A DNA stretch of 64,000 nucleotides from Candidatus Omnitrophota bacterium (GTDB lineage: Bacteria; Omnitrophota; Gorgyraeia; JABMRN01; RBG-13-46-9): positions 10,212 through 74,211 of the forward strand of contig JADHYM010000001.1 of NCBI GenBank assembly GCA_016782445.1, read 5' to 3'. Below are positions 1 through 10,528 of the stretch, one piece after another. Each line of letters opens with the position of its first letter. The stretch's first letter is position 1. A model generated the notes under the pieces. The model was given only the letters and a program-made list of their open reading frames with translations, was not told where the DNA came from and made no database searches. The translations under genes were made by a program, and so were the position numbers.

Positions 1-59
1 TTATTGATTTGATATTATGTCTTATGGCACCTAAATTAATTTCCGCCCAGGTAGGACGA

Positions 60-130
60 TAAGTCATATTTTTGTCATTTGGCTTTTGGATTTTATTTGT
101 CATTTGGATTTTGTCATTTGTCATTTTCCT
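60..130. repeat. GTCATTTG-rich repeat element, copy A
   Basis: TTTTGTCATTTGGCTTTTGGATTTTATTTGTCATTTGGATTTTGTCATTTGTCATTTT; related copies at 12742-12795 (inverted) and 12838-12890. Confidence 0.7.
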
Positions 131-867
131 CGTACCTGGCAATACTGCGAATGCATGTACGTGGGAACAAGTTTGTCCGGATTTTCGAATTTTTTTCTGT
201 GAGCTTTACGAAGCCCAAGCTCCGCTACAACTTCCACTTTCGGATGCCAGTCTTTTTTTGAAATACGCGCAAAAGGGTTTTTCAGAATTTCACGCTCATA
301 GACAGCTATTCCATCGCCAAAAAGAAGGGTCGGCTCGCTAACGTGTTCAAGCAGGCTCTCTATACCGCACAGCATATACTCGCCCGTCCTGGCAAGATAA
401 CCGCCTTCCGAATGCCCTTGATTTCGTTGGGCATTCGTCCCGAGCTTGTCGAGGGACGAACCACCAATGCTTATAAGGCGGTTTACATAAAAAGCAGAAT
501 AGACTTTTTGTTTTTTCGCGTCTATTACCGGGCATAGGACATGCTCCTTTGAGTCGGTAAAGTTATGCGCTATTGCGTCAAGCGTAGAAATAGCCACTAT
601 TTTTGTGCCTAAAGCCATGCTGATGGCCTTCACAGAGGCAACGCCTATGCGCAGGCCCGTAAAAGAACCGGGCCCTATGCTTAACGCTATTGCATCTATA
701 TCTTTAAGCCTGATACGCGCTTTCTTCAAAACCTCATCAATGACCGGTATAAGCTGCTCCGAGTGGTTAGCTTTTCCGTCGTCTGTGTGTGACGCCAAAA
801 TCTTATGTTCTTTTGCCGCGGCAACCCTTAAAAACCGGGTTGATGTGTCTATCGCCAATATGTACAT
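121..867 (-). CDS. tsaB: tRNA threonylcarbamoyladenosine biosynthesis protein TsaB (YeaZ family)
   Basis: N-terminus MYILAIDTSTRFLRVAA...SIGPGSFTGLRIGV is typical of TsaB/YeaZ and the gene follows tsaE. The C-terminal about 30 aa are encoded by the GTCATTTG repeat element, so the native stop may have been altered. Confidence 0.8.
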   Translation of the reverse strand: MYILAIDTSTRFLRVAAAKEHKILASHTDDGKANHSEQLIPVIDEVLKKARIRLKDIDAIALSIGPGSFTGLRIGVASVKAISMALGTKIVAISTLDAIAHNFTDSKEHVLCPVIDAKKQKVYSAFYVNRLISIGGSSLDKLGTNAQRNQGHSEGGYLARTGEYMLCGIESLLEHVSEPTLLFGDGIAVYEREILKNPFARISKKDWHPKVEVVAELGLRKAHRKKFENPDKLVPTYMHSQYCQVRGK

Positions 868-876
868 GAATAAGTT

Positions 877-1332
877 TTAAGTTTTACGTTTTGGTTTTGC
901 ATTTTGACTTTTGCGTTTTGCATTAACGATTATTTCTCGTTTATTATCGCCTTTGTGTTTAAATTCTACGGCGATATGCTCCTCAGGTAAAATCTCCGCG
1001 GCGCGGTCGGCCCATTCCACAACGCTTATCCCTTTGGAATAAAAATATTCCTCGCAGCCGACTGTTTCAACATCTCTTGGTTTTTTCATGCGATAGAGAT
1101 CAAAATGATAAAGAGGAATTTTCCCCTTGTATTCCTGCAATATGACAAAAGAAGCGCTGTTAACATGGATATAATCTTTTATCCCCAGGGCTTTCGCTAT
1201 GCCTTTCGTAAAAACGGTTTTTCCCGTTCCGAGCTCGCCCGTAAGCGCCACGACAGAGCCCTTTTCGAGCGTCTTGCCGAATTCAAATCCGAGTTCAAAT
1301 GTCTCAGAGGCCTTCTTCGTTATGTATCGCAT
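877..1332 (-). CDS. tsaE: tRNA threonylcarbamoyladenosine biosynthesis ATPase TsaE (YjeE)
   Basis: P-loop LTGELGTGKTVFTKG and the YjeE-like motif PLYHFDLYR; about 150 aa; adjacent to tsaB. Confidence 0.85.
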   Translation of the reverse strand: MRYITKKASETFELGFEFGKTLEKGSVVALTGELGTGKTVFTKGIAKALGIKDYIHVNSASFVILQEYKGKIPLYHFDLYRMKKPRDVETVGCEEYFYSKGISVVEWADRAAEILPEEHIAVEFKHKGDNKREIIVNAKRKSQNAKPKRKT

Positions 1333-1399
1333 TTCGTTCCTCTGCAGGCTTACGCTTGCAGTATCCCTCGATCATTCCCCACGCGTAAGCGTGGGGTAT

Positions 1400-2269
1400 C
1401 TAAAAGTGCCGAAATCCCTCGGACTTAAGTGTTTTTTCTTTGCCGCTTTCTTCGATTATCTTCACCCCGTATTTTTTCGCGACGATCTCTCCTATAAGCG
1501 TAATCGGAAGATCCTCACCCATGCGCTTTATTATTTTACGGGATTCCTTTATAGAAGCTGTAAAAAGAAGTTCAAAATCCTCGCCTGCCTCAATAGCTTT
1601 ATCAAGGGGATCGGAATGCTCTGATAACGGAATAAGGCTTTCACAAACACGCGCGCCCGTGCCGCTCGAATCCGCGATCCTGTTTAAATCCATGGCGAGG
1701 CCGTCCGATAGATCTATCATGGAATTTACCTTGAAACGCTTCGTTAAAAATCTCGCCTCATGAAGCCGGGGAATGAACGTAAGATGCTTTCTTTTTCCCT
1801 CACCGAGGGCGCCTGTCACAAATATAAGATCACCCGTTCTCGCTCCGGAACGCCGAAGAAGGAGTCTCTTCTCGACCTCTCCCATAAGGGCCACGTTTAC
1901 TACTGTCTTAGCCGAGGCATTCGTATCTCCGCCTATTATTGTTATGCGAAACTTCCGAGCCGCGGCCTCTACGCCTTTTGCGATATCCAGTAAATACCGC
2001 ATGGGCTTTTTTCTCGGGATCCCCACCGAGATAAGCGCGTGTTTCGGAACGCCTCCCATAGACGCTATGTCGCTTATATTTACGGCCATCGCTTTCCATC
2101 CTATTTGGTAAGGCAAAGCGTTCTTCATAAAATGCACGCCCTCTACGATCATGTCAGTCGTCGCGAGAAGATATTTGTCTTTTTTATAATTCAACACAGC
2201 GCAGTCATCACCGATACCTTTAAACAGTGGACGTTTCGAAATATATTTAATAAATTTAAGTTCTTTCAT
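1400..2269 (-). CDS. thiL: thiamine-monophosphate kinase
   Basis: AIR synthase-related fold with GDDCAVL...ATTDMIVEGVHF...GGDTN motifs. The stop codon is TAG. Confidence 0.85.
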   Translation of the reverse strand: MKELKFIKYISKRPLFKGIGDDCAVLNYKKDKYLLATTDMIVEGVHFMKNALPYQIGWKAMAVNISDIASMGGVPKHALISVGIPRKKPMRYLLDIAKGVEAAARKFRITIIGGDTNASAKTVVNVALMGEVEKRLLLRRSGARTGDLIFVTGALGEGKRKHLTFIPRLHEARFLTKRFKVNSMIDLSDGLAMDLNRIADSSGTGARVCESLIPLSEHSDPLDKAIEAGEDFELLFTASIKESRKIIKRMGEDLPITLIGEIVAKKYGVKIIEESGKEKTLKSEGFRHF

Positions 2270-3294
2270 CGGGCATGTGCTCTTTTTATGCTCTTCCCAT
2301 ACGGCTTCCTTAATATCCCCTTTTCCGTAATGATCGCCGTTATGAATTTTGCCGGCGTCACGTCGAATGCCGGGTTGAAAACTTTTACATTTTTTGGCGC
2401 TATGAACTCTTTTCCTATTTTGCGCACCTCGTCCGGGTGGCGCTCTTCTATCGGTATGAAAGAGCCGTCTTTTATCTTCACGTCGATGGTAGAAAGGGGA
2501 GCTGCCACGTAAAAAGGTATCTTGTGATAATGCGCTGAAAGAGCTACCGAGTATGTTCCGATTTTGTTTGCCGTGTCACCGTTTCTGGCGATCCTGTCGG
2601 CTCCTACTATGATTTTATCTATTTTTCCGCGCGCCATCAAGCTTGCCGCCATGTTATCCGATATGAGTGTCGTGTCAATATCCTCATTTCTTAGCTCCCA
2701 GGCAGTGAGCCGCGCGCCCTGTAAGAGGGGACGCGTTTCATCCGCATATACTTTTATTTTTTTGCCCGAAGAGTGAGCCATGAAAATAACGCCGAGCGCC
2801 GTGCCGTAATCAGCTGTGGCAAGCCCACCGGCATTACAGTGCGTAAGTATCGTATCGCCCTTTTTAATAAGGGCATTTCCGAACCTCGCCATTTTTCGGC
2901 AGATATGCTTGTCTTCTTCTAATATTTTTTTGGCTTCCTCGAGCAAAATATGCTTTATGCGGGATACAGGCTCATACCTCTCTCGATATGCCGTTTCCCT
3001 CATCCTCTCAAGCGCCCAGAAAAGATTTCTCGCGGTAGGACGGGAGGTAGCAATGTATTTGATGGTTTTATCAAGGTCTTTAAAAAATGCCCTTTGGGAA
3101 TTCTTGACACCCAAATATACCCCGAATGCCGCCGCAATTCCAAGAGCAGGCGCGCCCCTTATCTTCATGGTACGAATAGCCTTCCACATCTCCCGCGGCG
3201 TAGTACAACTCACAAACTTTACTTTGTGCGGGAGAAGCGTTTGGTCTATTATCCGGACCTTATTTTTCTGCCATTTTATCGTTTCTACAGGCAT
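2266..3294 (-). CDS. mtnA: methylthioribose-1-phosphate isomerase (eIF-2B alpha/beta/delta family)
   Basis: MtnA/e2b2 signatures RGAPALGIAAAFG and VGADRIARNGDTANKIGTY. Confidence 0.75.
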   Translation of the reverse strand: MPVETIKWQKNKVRIIDQTLLPHKVKFVSCTTPREMWKAIRTMKIRGAPALGIAAAFGVYLGVKNSQRAFFKDLDKTIKYIATSRPTARNLFWALERMRETAYRERYEPVSRIKHILLEEAKKILEEDKHICRKMARFGNALIKKGDTILTHCNAGGLATADYGTALGVIFMAHSSGKKIKVYADETRPLLQGARLTAWELRNEDIDTTLISDNMAASLMARGKIDKIIVGADRIARNGDTANKIGTYSVALSAHYHKIPFYVAAPLSTIDVKIKDGSFIPIEERHPDEVRKIGKEFIAPKNVKVFNPAFDVTPAKFITAIITEKGILRKPYGKSIKRAHAR

Positions 3295-3325
3295 ATTTGC
3301 TTTTTGATATTTGATTTTTGATATT

Positions 3326-4429
3326 TCATACTGCCAAACTGTTAAAATATTTAAACAAAAACACCATTATAACGCCGCCCAGGTTATTCAGAACGTGAAG
3401 CGTGATCGATGGAACAAGGCTTCCGGTTCTTTCATAAAGGTACGCGAGCACCACGCCAAGTATTGTAATAGGTATAAATCCTACCAAAAAATAGGTCATC
3501 GCGTGAGTATGCAGAAATGAAAAAAGAACGCTCGTTATCATTATGCCCCCAAAAATCCCTACTTTACGCTTCAGGGCATTATATAGAACCCCGCGGAAGA
3601 ATATCTCCTCTATTACCGGACCGAATATGGATGCGATGAGGCTCGCTACAAAAATAAAAGCGATGTTTTTCTCTACGAGGAAAAGCTCCACGATAGGCTG
3701 GGGAGGCGGCTTTAGTTTTAACATGTTAAGCACGATATAGGCGATGACACCCACCAGAAGTATGACGGGCAAAATTGCCAAGTACCCGCATGCGCCATAA
3801 AAGACATTTTTTAGCGCGTTTTTCGCGCCGAGGCCCAGGGAAACGATTTTTTTCCGGTGAACCCGCCATAAAAATGCGAGAACCGCTGTCAGCACGAAAA
3901 AGTCAAGAACGATCGTGTCAAAAATCATCCTGAAATTGTCGTTCTTCATCAGGGTAAATTTGACTTTAAAGAAAAAGCTCATCGCGCTGCCTGCGAGCGC
4001 AAGCAGGATAAAAAAGAAATAGGCGAGTGAAAACCCGAGTATAACTATTTTCGCGCTATCGGCAAGGGTCCACGGCGGCGGGTCCGGTTTCACAAAACGC
4101 GCAAAAATATCTATTTTTTTAAATCTCCGGGAAATAAAAAATCCGTCTATCAAAAGCCCGAGAAGGAAGATAGCAATTATAAAAAGATTTGCGGAAATGT
4201 AGAAAAGGTAAAGGGGGGCGTTTCCCTTCAGGGCTTCTTCTATTTTTCTCGAGCGCTCCTGGGCCTCCTCGAACTCTACGAATAAAGTCGGCTTTTCGGC
4301 CGCAGCAACTTCTTTCGTGCTGGTCGGTAGAACTTCTTCTTTCGGAGCGCGGCCGGCGACATTAACTAAAATTATACCCGATACGAGTACTATGTATACC
4401 CAGTTGCGTTTTACAAAATTCCTTATCAT
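3326..4429 (-). CDS. CPBP family intramembrane glutamic endopeptidase (CAAX protease / Abi family), polytopic membrane protein
   Basis: C-terminal motifs EEIFFRG, FSFLHTHAM and SITLHVLNN, plus many TM helices. Start moved to the internal Met (MIRNF) located just after the metG stop; the ORF-track start at 4507 overlaps metG. Confidence 0.7.
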   Translation of the reverse strand: MIRNFVKRNWVYIVLVSGIILVNVAGRAPKEEVLPTSTKEVAAAEKPTLFVEFEEAQERSRKIEEALKGNAPLYLFYISANLFIIAIFLLGLLIDGFFISRRFKKIDIFARFVKPDPPPWTLADSAKIVILGFSLAYFFFILLALAGSAMSFFFKVKFTLMKNDNFRMIFDTIVLDFFVLTAVLAFLWRVHRKKIVSLGLGAKNALKNVFYGACGYLAILPVILLVGVIAYIVLNMLKLKPPPQPIVELFLVEKNIAFIFVASLIASIFGPVIEEIFFRGVLYNALKRKVGIFGGIMITSVLFSFLHTHAMTYFLVGFIPITILGVVLAYLYERTGSLVPSITLHVLNNLGGVIMVFLFKYFNSLAV

Positions 4430-5994
4430 TCGTCTTTTCCGGATACGATTCTTGGAAACAGAGGTTGCCCTTTTGAAATCTGCGTCCCACTTGTTACGAT
4501 CCCCCATAAAGAGGGGCGGGACCTTTGGTTGCTCTTAAACTTGATATTTGCGATTTTCTCTTTCATACCGAGTTGCGCCCAAATCTTGCCTGCCGTATCG
4601 GGTATAAACGGATACAGGCATATTGCGAGCGCTGCCAGGGTTTGCACCAGATTATATATCACTATTTTGAGCTTTCGCTCATCTTCTTTTGCCAGTTTCC
4701 AGGGGGCCTTTTCCTCTATATATTTATTCGCCCAGCCTATTCTTTCTAGCACAACCTTCAGAGCTGATAAAGAATTCATATTCGCATAAGCATCAGCCAG
4801 TTTTCCCGGTAGATCTTCCGTATTGCTTTTTATTTCATTATCAATATCCTTTTCCTCAACATCCGGGACAACGCCTGCAAAGTATTTCTCAACCATGGTA
4901 AGGGTTCTGTTAACAAGGTTTCCGAGGTCGTTCGCAAGATCATTGTTGTATTTATCTATGAAAAGCTTTTCGTAAAAAGTGCCGTCATACCCAAAGCCAA
5001 CCGCGCTAAGCAGAAAATACCTGAGCGCGTCTACGCCGTATTTATCCGTAAAATACGCGGGATCAACAACATTTCCCTTCGATTTAGACATCTTTTCGCC
5101 GCCGATTACCCACCAGCCGTGCACAAATATGCTTTTAGGCGGCTTCTCCCCCAGCGCAAGCAGTATAATGGGCCAATATATCGCATGGTGCCTTAAAATA
5201 TCCTTACCTATTACATGCCCAACATGAGGCCAAAGAGAATCAAACTTTTTTCTGTCATTAAGATAACCTATTCCTGATATGTAGTTTATAAGAGCGTCGA
5301 ACCAGACATAAGTCACGAAATTTTTATCAAACGGGATCTCTATGCCCCAGCGAAGCCTTTTCTTGGGCCTTGAGATACAAAGGTCCTGCAGCTCGTTTTT
5401 TTCAAGAAAACTTAACACCTCATTTTTTCTTATATCAGGAGTTATGAAAATCCTGTCGTCTTTTATGTGATCTATAAGCTCTTTTTGATACTCGGAGATT
5501 TTGAAAAAATAGTTTTCTTCGTTCAATCTTTCGAGTTTTCTTTTACAGTCGGGGCAAACCCCCTCGTTTACCTCGGCATTGCTGAAAAAGTTTTCGCAGG
5601 GCGTGCAGAACCAGCCCTTATAAACCTTTTTGTATATCTTTCCTTTTTCATTTAGAATTTGCAATACTTTCTCGACTGTCTTTTTATGAATGGTGTCCGT
5701 TGTTCTTATGAAATAATCATAATTTACTTTTAGCGTTTTCCACAGTTCTTTAAAACGCGGCACGATCCCGTCAACGAATTTCTTTTCTTCGCCGGCTTTG
5801 TATCCGGCCTTTAAGGCGGCCTGTTCGATTTTTTCTCCGTGCTCATCAGTGCCTGTCATAAAAAAAGTGTCCCCGCCTTCAAGCTGTTTTTCAAACCTCG
5901 CGGCGGCATCGCAAACAATCTGAGTATAGGCGTGGCCGATGTGGGGAGAGGCATTTACATAATAAAGAGGGGATGTGATATAAAATTTATTCAT
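4426..5994 (-). CDS. metG: methionyl-tRNA synthetase (short form)
   Basis: HIGH motif (SPHIGHAYT), KMSKS motif (KMSKSKGNVVDP) and a zinc-knuckle CPDC...C. Confidence 0.95.
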   Translation of the reverse strand: MNKFYITSPLYYVNASPHIGHAYTQIVCDAAARFEKQLEGGDTFFMTGTDEHGEKIEQAALKAGYKAGEEKKFVDGIVPRFKELWKTLKVNYDYFIRTTDTIHKKTVEKVLQILNEKGKIYKKVYKGWFCTPCENFFSNAEVNEGVCPDCKRKLERLNEENYFFKISEYQKELIDHIKDDRIFITPDIRKNEVLSFLEKNELQDLCISRPKKRLRWGIEIPFDKNFVTYVWFDALINYISGIGYLNDRKKFDSLWPHVGHVIGKDILRHHAIYWPIILLALGEKPPKSIFVHGWWVIGGEKMSKSKGNVVDPAYFTDKYGVDALRYFLLSAVGFGYDGTFYEKLFIDKYNNDLANDLGNLVNRTLTMVEKYFAGVVPDVEEKDIDNEIKSNTEDLPGKLADAYANMNSLSALKVVLERIGWANKYIEEKAPWKLAKEDERKLKIVIYNLVQTLAALAICLYPFIPDTAGKIWAQLGMKEKIANIKFKSNQRSRPSLWGIVTSGTQISKGQPLFPRIVSGKDE

Positions 5995-5995
5995 T

Positions 5996-6775
5996 TTAGA
6001 ATTTTACTTCTATCTGCTTCCCTTCTCCTATCGCGACCATGACGCTTTTCTTTAGCGGACAGAGCGAGATGACCTTACCCTTGCCTTTTTCCGTTTTTAT
6101 CTCCTGGCCGAGTTTTGGCAATCCCTTTATGAGCTCGCGGTAGTTCTTGTGCTCGTATCCCAGGCAGCACATGAGTCGTCCGCAGAGCCCGGAAATTTTT
6201 GTCGGGTTTAAGGGCAGATTCTGATCCTTGGCCATCCGTATCGTAACAGCCTCGAAATCTTTCAGGAATTTTACGCAGCAAAGCTCCTTACCACACGGCC
6301 CGTACCCGCCTATGAGTTTTGCCTCGTCACGCACGCCTATCTGCTTGAGCTCTATGCGCGCCTTGAATATGTTGGCAAGCTCCCTGACGAGTTCCCTGAA
6401 ATCGATCCTGCCCTCTGCGGTAAAGTAAAAGGTTATTTTTGACCTATCGAACGAGTATTCCGCCTCGACTATTTTCATGGGAAGCCGCCGCTCGGACACC
6501 TTCCGCTCGCAAACAGCCATAAGCTCCCGCGCCTTCTTTTTGTTTTTATCTATCTGGCGGTGGTCCCAGGGGTTGGTTTTGCGTATTATCTTCCGCAGGG
6601 GCTTTTCTATCGCCGTATCGAGCACTGTCTCGGTTTCGGAAATCACCTGGCCGTAATCGATTCCCCTGTCCTGCTCCACTATAACGTACTCGCCTGCATT
6701 AAACTTAAGCCGACCGGTCGAAAAATAACATATCTTGCCGGCCTCGCGTAATCTTATCTGTATAACTTCGTGCAT
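5996..6775 (-). CDS. PSP1 domain protein (YaaT/RicT-like)
   Basis: PSP1 C-terminal-domain architecture. Conserved position immediately downstream of holB, as in Firmicutes. Confidence 0.75.
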   Translation of the reverse strand: MHEVIQIRLREAGKICYFSTGRLKFNAGEYVIVEQDRGIDYGQVISETETVLDTAIEKPLRKIIRKTNPWDHRQIDKNKKKARELMAVCERKVSERRLPMKIVEAEYSFDRSKITFYFTAEGRIDFRELVRELANIFKARIELKQIGVRDEAKLIGGYGPCGKELCCVKFLKDFEAVTIRMAKDQNLPLNPTKISGLCGRLMCCLGYEHKNYRELIKGLPKLGQEIKTEKGKGKVISLCPLKKSVMVAIGEGKQIEVKF

Positions 6776-6815
6776 TATATTTTCCCCTTTACCCCGTTCA
6801 ATCCCGAAAAAATCC

Positions 6816-7784
6816 TCACCCTTTAGGGCCGGGATTGAACGGGGTTAACTCCGCCAGGGAGTTCTTTATAACGTCAAATACAATCTTCGGATTTACGTTA
6901 TGATCCATGTACGACTCAAGCGTAACCACTTTCTGAATAAGCTCGTCTATACGGTCGAAGGAATACCTGTCCTTAAGGACCGCGATCTCACCGGTTCTGT
7001 CGGCGTTAAAAATAAGATCCTTTCTTCCGGTCGCTTTATATACGAAAAGATCCCTAAGGTATGATAGCAAGAACTCTATGTCCTCCTTCGGCGAACCACT
7101 GTAAGGCTTATTTTTCCCGAAAAGCGCGTCTAAAGCCGCGTTTTTTTTCCGGATGAGGTCCTTTTCCCGCATCTCGAGGGCCCTGCCTATTCTGCCACTG
7201 GAAAAAACGCTTAGCATCCTGGCTTCTTTTCGGTCAATATTGAATTTTTCGGAAAGCACTTTTTCGCACGCGGCCAGAGGCGCGCTTCTAAATCTTATGA
7301 TAACGGCGCGCGAGACAACCGTTGAAAGAAGAAGTTCCTTTGAGGTCGCGATTAATATGAATATCGTATCACGCGGCGGCTCTTCCAGGGTCTTCAAAAA
7401 CGCGTTGGCCGCCTCAGGCGTCATGATGTGTGCGCCGTCGATGATAAAAACCTTCTTCCCGGCCTCATAGGCCTTAAGACCGGCTTTCTGTAAAATCTTG
7501 CGTATTTCGCTTATGCCGATGGTGTTTGAGCGGTTTTTCGGTTCCGTGAGAACTACGTCGGGGTGGTTTCCTGAATCTATTTTTCTGCACGAGGGGCACA
7601 CTGTGCACGGCTTCTCGCCGGAAGAAACGCAATTTATCGCCTTCGCGAAAGTTATCGCCGCGAGCTTCTTTCCCACGCCATCCGGCCCTAAAAATAAATA
7701 GGTCGAATAAAAGCTTTTTTCTTTTAAGTTGCGCGAAAGTAGCTCTACGGCCTTATCCTGACCGTGTATATTTCTGAACGGCAC
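6816..7784 (-). CDS. holB: DNA polymerase III subunit delta prime
   Basis: AAA+ P-loop GPDGVGK, a zinc module C..C..C..C (CVSSGEKPCTVCPSCRK), and tmk-holB synteny. Confidence 0.85.
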   Translation of the reverse strand: MPFRNIHGQDKAVELLSRNLKEKSFYSTYLFLGPDGVGKKLAAITFAKAINCVSSGEKPCTVCPSCRKIDSGNHPDVVLTEPKNRSNTIGISEIRKILQKAGLKAYEAGKKVFIIDGAHIMTPEAANAFLKTLEEPPRDTIFILIATSKELLLSTVVSRAVIIRFRSAPLAACEKVLSEKFNIDRKEARMLSVFSSGRIGRALEMREKDLIRKKNAALDALFGKNKPYSGSPKEDIEFLLSYLRDLFVYKATGRKDLIFNADRTGEIAVLKDRYSFDRIDELIQKVVTLESYMDHNVNPKIVFDVIKNSLAELTPFNPGPKG

Positions 7785-8406
7785 GCAAAACTCCTTCCTT
7801 TACCGCAAGGAACGTGTCCTCTATCCTCTTCTCCGTTTTAACGACTATTATTCTTTTTTTATCCTTCGCAGCAAGCCAAAGATACCCGCGCCTCACCTTC
7901 CGGTGAAATGATATTTTTTTCGATTCCATCCTGTCCTTTAAGCGCGTTTTTATTTTTCGGAGGCCCCGGCTTATATCTATGTCCAGCACTACGGTCAGAT
8001 CGGGCCGCACCCCGCCCAAAGACACTGATTCCACTTTTCTTATGTCTTTTATCGGCACGCCGCCGGCGTAACCCTGGTAAACCATGGTCGCGTCATTGAA
8101 CCTATCGGTTATTACTATTTTTCCGGCGCGAAGCGCCGGGCGTATGACGCTTTTTACGAGTTCCGCGCGGCTTGCCTCGAATAAAAGCATTTCAGCGAGC
8201 GGCGATATGAAAATCTTCCGCTTCTTTAAAAGCACCTCTCGTATGGCGTCCCCCACGGCAGTCCCGCCGGGCTCCCTTGTATGCACTACGGAATAGCCCT
8301 TTTTCCTTAAAAACAAAACTATTTTTTTTGAATGCGTGCTCTTGCCGCAGCGCTCCGGCCCCTCAAAGGTTATTAGTAGCCCTTTTTTTAAAGTTTTTTT
8401 CGCCAC
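7753..8406 (-). CDS. tmk: thymidylate kinase
   Basis: ITFEGPERCGKST P-loop and the EPGGT motif. Confidence 0.9.
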   Translation of the reverse strand: MAKKTLKKGLLITFEGPERCGKSTHSKKIVLFLRKKGYSVVHTREPGGTAVGDAIREVLLKKRKIFISPLAEMLLFEASRAELVKSVIRPALRAGKIVITDRFNDATMVYQGYAGGVPIKDIRKVESVSLGGVRPDLTVVLDIDISRGLRKIKTRLKDRMESKKISFHRKVRRGYLWLAAKDKKRIIVVKTEKRIEDTFLAVKEGVLRAVQKYTRSG

Positions 8407-9782
8407 ACAGAGCCTTTTTTTGTATCCTCTACTACAATACCTTGTGCTAATAATTCATTTCGTATAATATCAGCCTTTTTGAAATCTTTGGCTTTACGAG
8501 CTTTCTCGCGTTCGTTTACCATAGTTTCTATATCTGTGTTTTGTGCGCTATAGTCAAGGTTAAGCCCAAAAATATTTTTCGAGACATCCTTGATAAAATG
8601 TCTTGTCCCGGCCAGCTTCGCCTTGTCTTGCTTTTCTAAACTCTCTTTTTCTAATAGTTTATTCCCATCGGCAACACATCTAAAAATAACGCTAAGCGCC
8701 ACCGGCGTATTGAAATCATCGTCCATTGCTGCAATGAAAGAATTTTCATATTCTTTATCTGCAATTATTGTTTTCTTATATTCTTTTAAGGCATTATCGA
8801 CTTTCTGTAAAAACGCTAAAATTCTATCTCTGGAATCGCGCATGCTTTCTATCTTGTCTTCTGTATAATCAACCGGATGCCTGTAGTGGCTCGATAGAAA
8901 AAGCAATTTCAGTAAGTTTAGGCTTTTCGGGAATTCCCTAATCGATATAAAATTTCCGAGCGACTTAGCCATTTTTTCACCGTTTATTGTCAAAAGGCCG
9001 TTATGCATCCAGTAGCGAGCAAACTTATTGCCTGCTCCTTCTGATTGCGCTATTTCGTTCTCATGATGAGGAAATATTAAATCTATTCCTCCGGCATGTA
9101 TATCAAATTCGCTGCCTAAAAGATCAGAGCTCATGACTGAACACTCTATATGCCACCCGGGCCTGCCGTTTCCCCATGGGCTTTTCCAGGATGGCTCTCC
9201 TTCCTTTGCCTTTTTCCATAATGCAAAGTCCAGAGGATCTCTTTTTTTCTCCCCTGGGACAATTCTTACAGAGCTTTCCATTTTCTCTAAATTTTGTCCG
9301 GATAATTTTCCGTAGTTTTTTGAGCTTTTTATATCAAAATAAACGTCGCCATCTTTCGTATACGCAACATTTTTTTTAATTAGTAGCGCAATAAACTTTT
9401 TCATCTTGCTGATATATTTAACTGCGCTCGGTTCTTTATCCGGATTAGAAATTCCCAATTTCTCCATACATTCATGATAGGAATCAAGGTACTTTTGTGA
9501 AATTTGTTTTACCGCTTTTTTATCAACTTTTTCTATCTTAAACTCTTGTTTCGCTTTTTTGATTATTTTGTCATCAACATCAGTTATATTTCTTATAAAT
9601 TTTACTTTGTAATTTTTATATTCAAAATATTTACGTATCACATCAAAGACATAAGCGCTTCTTGCGTGCCCTATGTGAGGTTCATCATAAACTGTGGGGC
9701 CGCATACATAGAGGCCCACTTTGCCTTTTTTTATCGGCTTAAATTCTTCTTTTTTTCTCGTAAGCGTATTGTATATTTTCAT
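8388..9782 (-). CDS. cysS: cysteinyl-tRNA synthetase
   Basis: HIGH (EPHIGHARS) and KMSKS-type (KMAKSLGN) motifs; zinc-binding Cys residues. Confidence 0.95.
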   Translation of the reverse strand: MKIYNTLTRKKEEFKPIKKGKVGLYVCGPTVYDEPHIGHARSAYVFDVIRKYFEYKNYKVKFIRNITDVDDKIIKKAKQEFKIEKVDKKAVKQISQKYLDSYHECMEKLGISNPDKEPSAVKYISKMKKFIALLIKKNVAYTKDGDVYFDIKSSKNYGKLSGQNLEKMESSVRIVPGEKKRDPLDFALWKKAKEGEPSWKSPWGNGRPGWHIECSVMSSDLLGSEFDIHAGGIDLIFPHHENEIAQSEGAGNKFARYWMHNGLLTINGEKMAKSLGNFISIREFPKSLNLLKLLFLSSHYRHPVDYTEDKIESMRDSRDRILAFLQKVDNALKEYKKTIIADKEYENSFIAAMDDDFNTPVALSVIFRCVADGNKLLEKESLEKQDKAKLAGTRHFIKDVSKNIFGLNLDYSAQNTDIETMVNEREKARKAKDFKKADIIRNELLAQGIVVEDTKKGSVWRKKL

Positions 9783-9847
9783 GCTTTTACGCCTGCCTGC
9801 CGGCTCGCCTCGTGGCGAAGCCGCGGGCAGGCAGGTCGGGCGGGTCC

Positions 9848-10522
9848 TTATTTTTCGAGCCTTTCCAGCCGCTTCTTAAGCTCTTCTATATCCTGGAATA
9901 TCGGGTCAAGCGTATGGATGTGGTCCATCTTTACGTCCATTTTTTTGCCTTCCTGTTTCGTGATCCTTCCCGGTACGCCGACCACGGTCGAATTCGGAGG
10001 GACGTCTTTAATAACAACGGCATTTGCGCCGATATAAGAATTGTCGCCTACTGTGATGTTGCCGAGTACCTTGCCTCCGGTGCCGATAACCACGTTATTG
10101 CCGATGTTCGGGTGCCTCTTTCCGCGATCCTTGCCCGTTCCTCCGAGCGTAACGCCCTGAAAAAGCGTCACGTTATTGCCTACTACGCTCGTCTCGCCTA
10201 TAACCACCCCCGTGCCGTGGTCAATAAAAAGGCCTTTTCCTATGGTTGCGCCGGGGTGTATTTCTATGCCCGTCATGAGCCTGGCCAGCTGCGAAAGAAG
10301 CCTCGGCAGGAAAGGCACTTTCATCTTTTTAAGTGCGTGCGCTACGCGGTAAAAAATTATAGCCTGGAGCCCCGCATACAGTAAAAGGACCTCGAGAAAA
10401 TTCGTCGCTGCGGGGTCTCTGTCAAAGGTGGCCTTTATTTCGTCGCGAAAGATAAAGCTCGCAAATATAAAATAAAGGAGGGCTACAATAAGGATAAAAA
10501 GTATAATTGTAAGAATCAGCAT
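9848..10522 (-). CDS. cysE: serine O-acetyltransferase
   Basis: SAT N-terminal helical motif (DPA...YRVAHAL) followed by left-handed beta-helix hexapeptide repeats ([23 protein letters not shown]). The ORF has an unusual hydrophobic N-terminal stretch, so the true start may be downstream. Confidence 0.85.
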   Translation of the reverse strand: MLILTIILFILIVALLYFIFASFIFRDEIKATFDRDPAATNFLEVLLLYAGLQAIIFYRVAHALKKMKVPFLPRLLSQLARLMTGIEIHPGATIGKGLFIDHGTGVVIGETSVVGNNVTLFQGVTLGGTGKDRGKRHPNIGNNVVIGTGGKVLGNITVGDNSYIGANAVVIKDVPPNSTVVGVPGRITKQEGKKMDVKMDHIHTLDPIFQDIEELKKRLERLEK

Positions 10523-10528
10523 TTTAGC

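Noticed and set aside
72-341. ORFs 72..341(+) and 12597..12782(-) with FGFWILFVIWIL-like translations
   Set aside because: They are translations of the GTCATTTG repeat element in two orientations, not conserved proteins.
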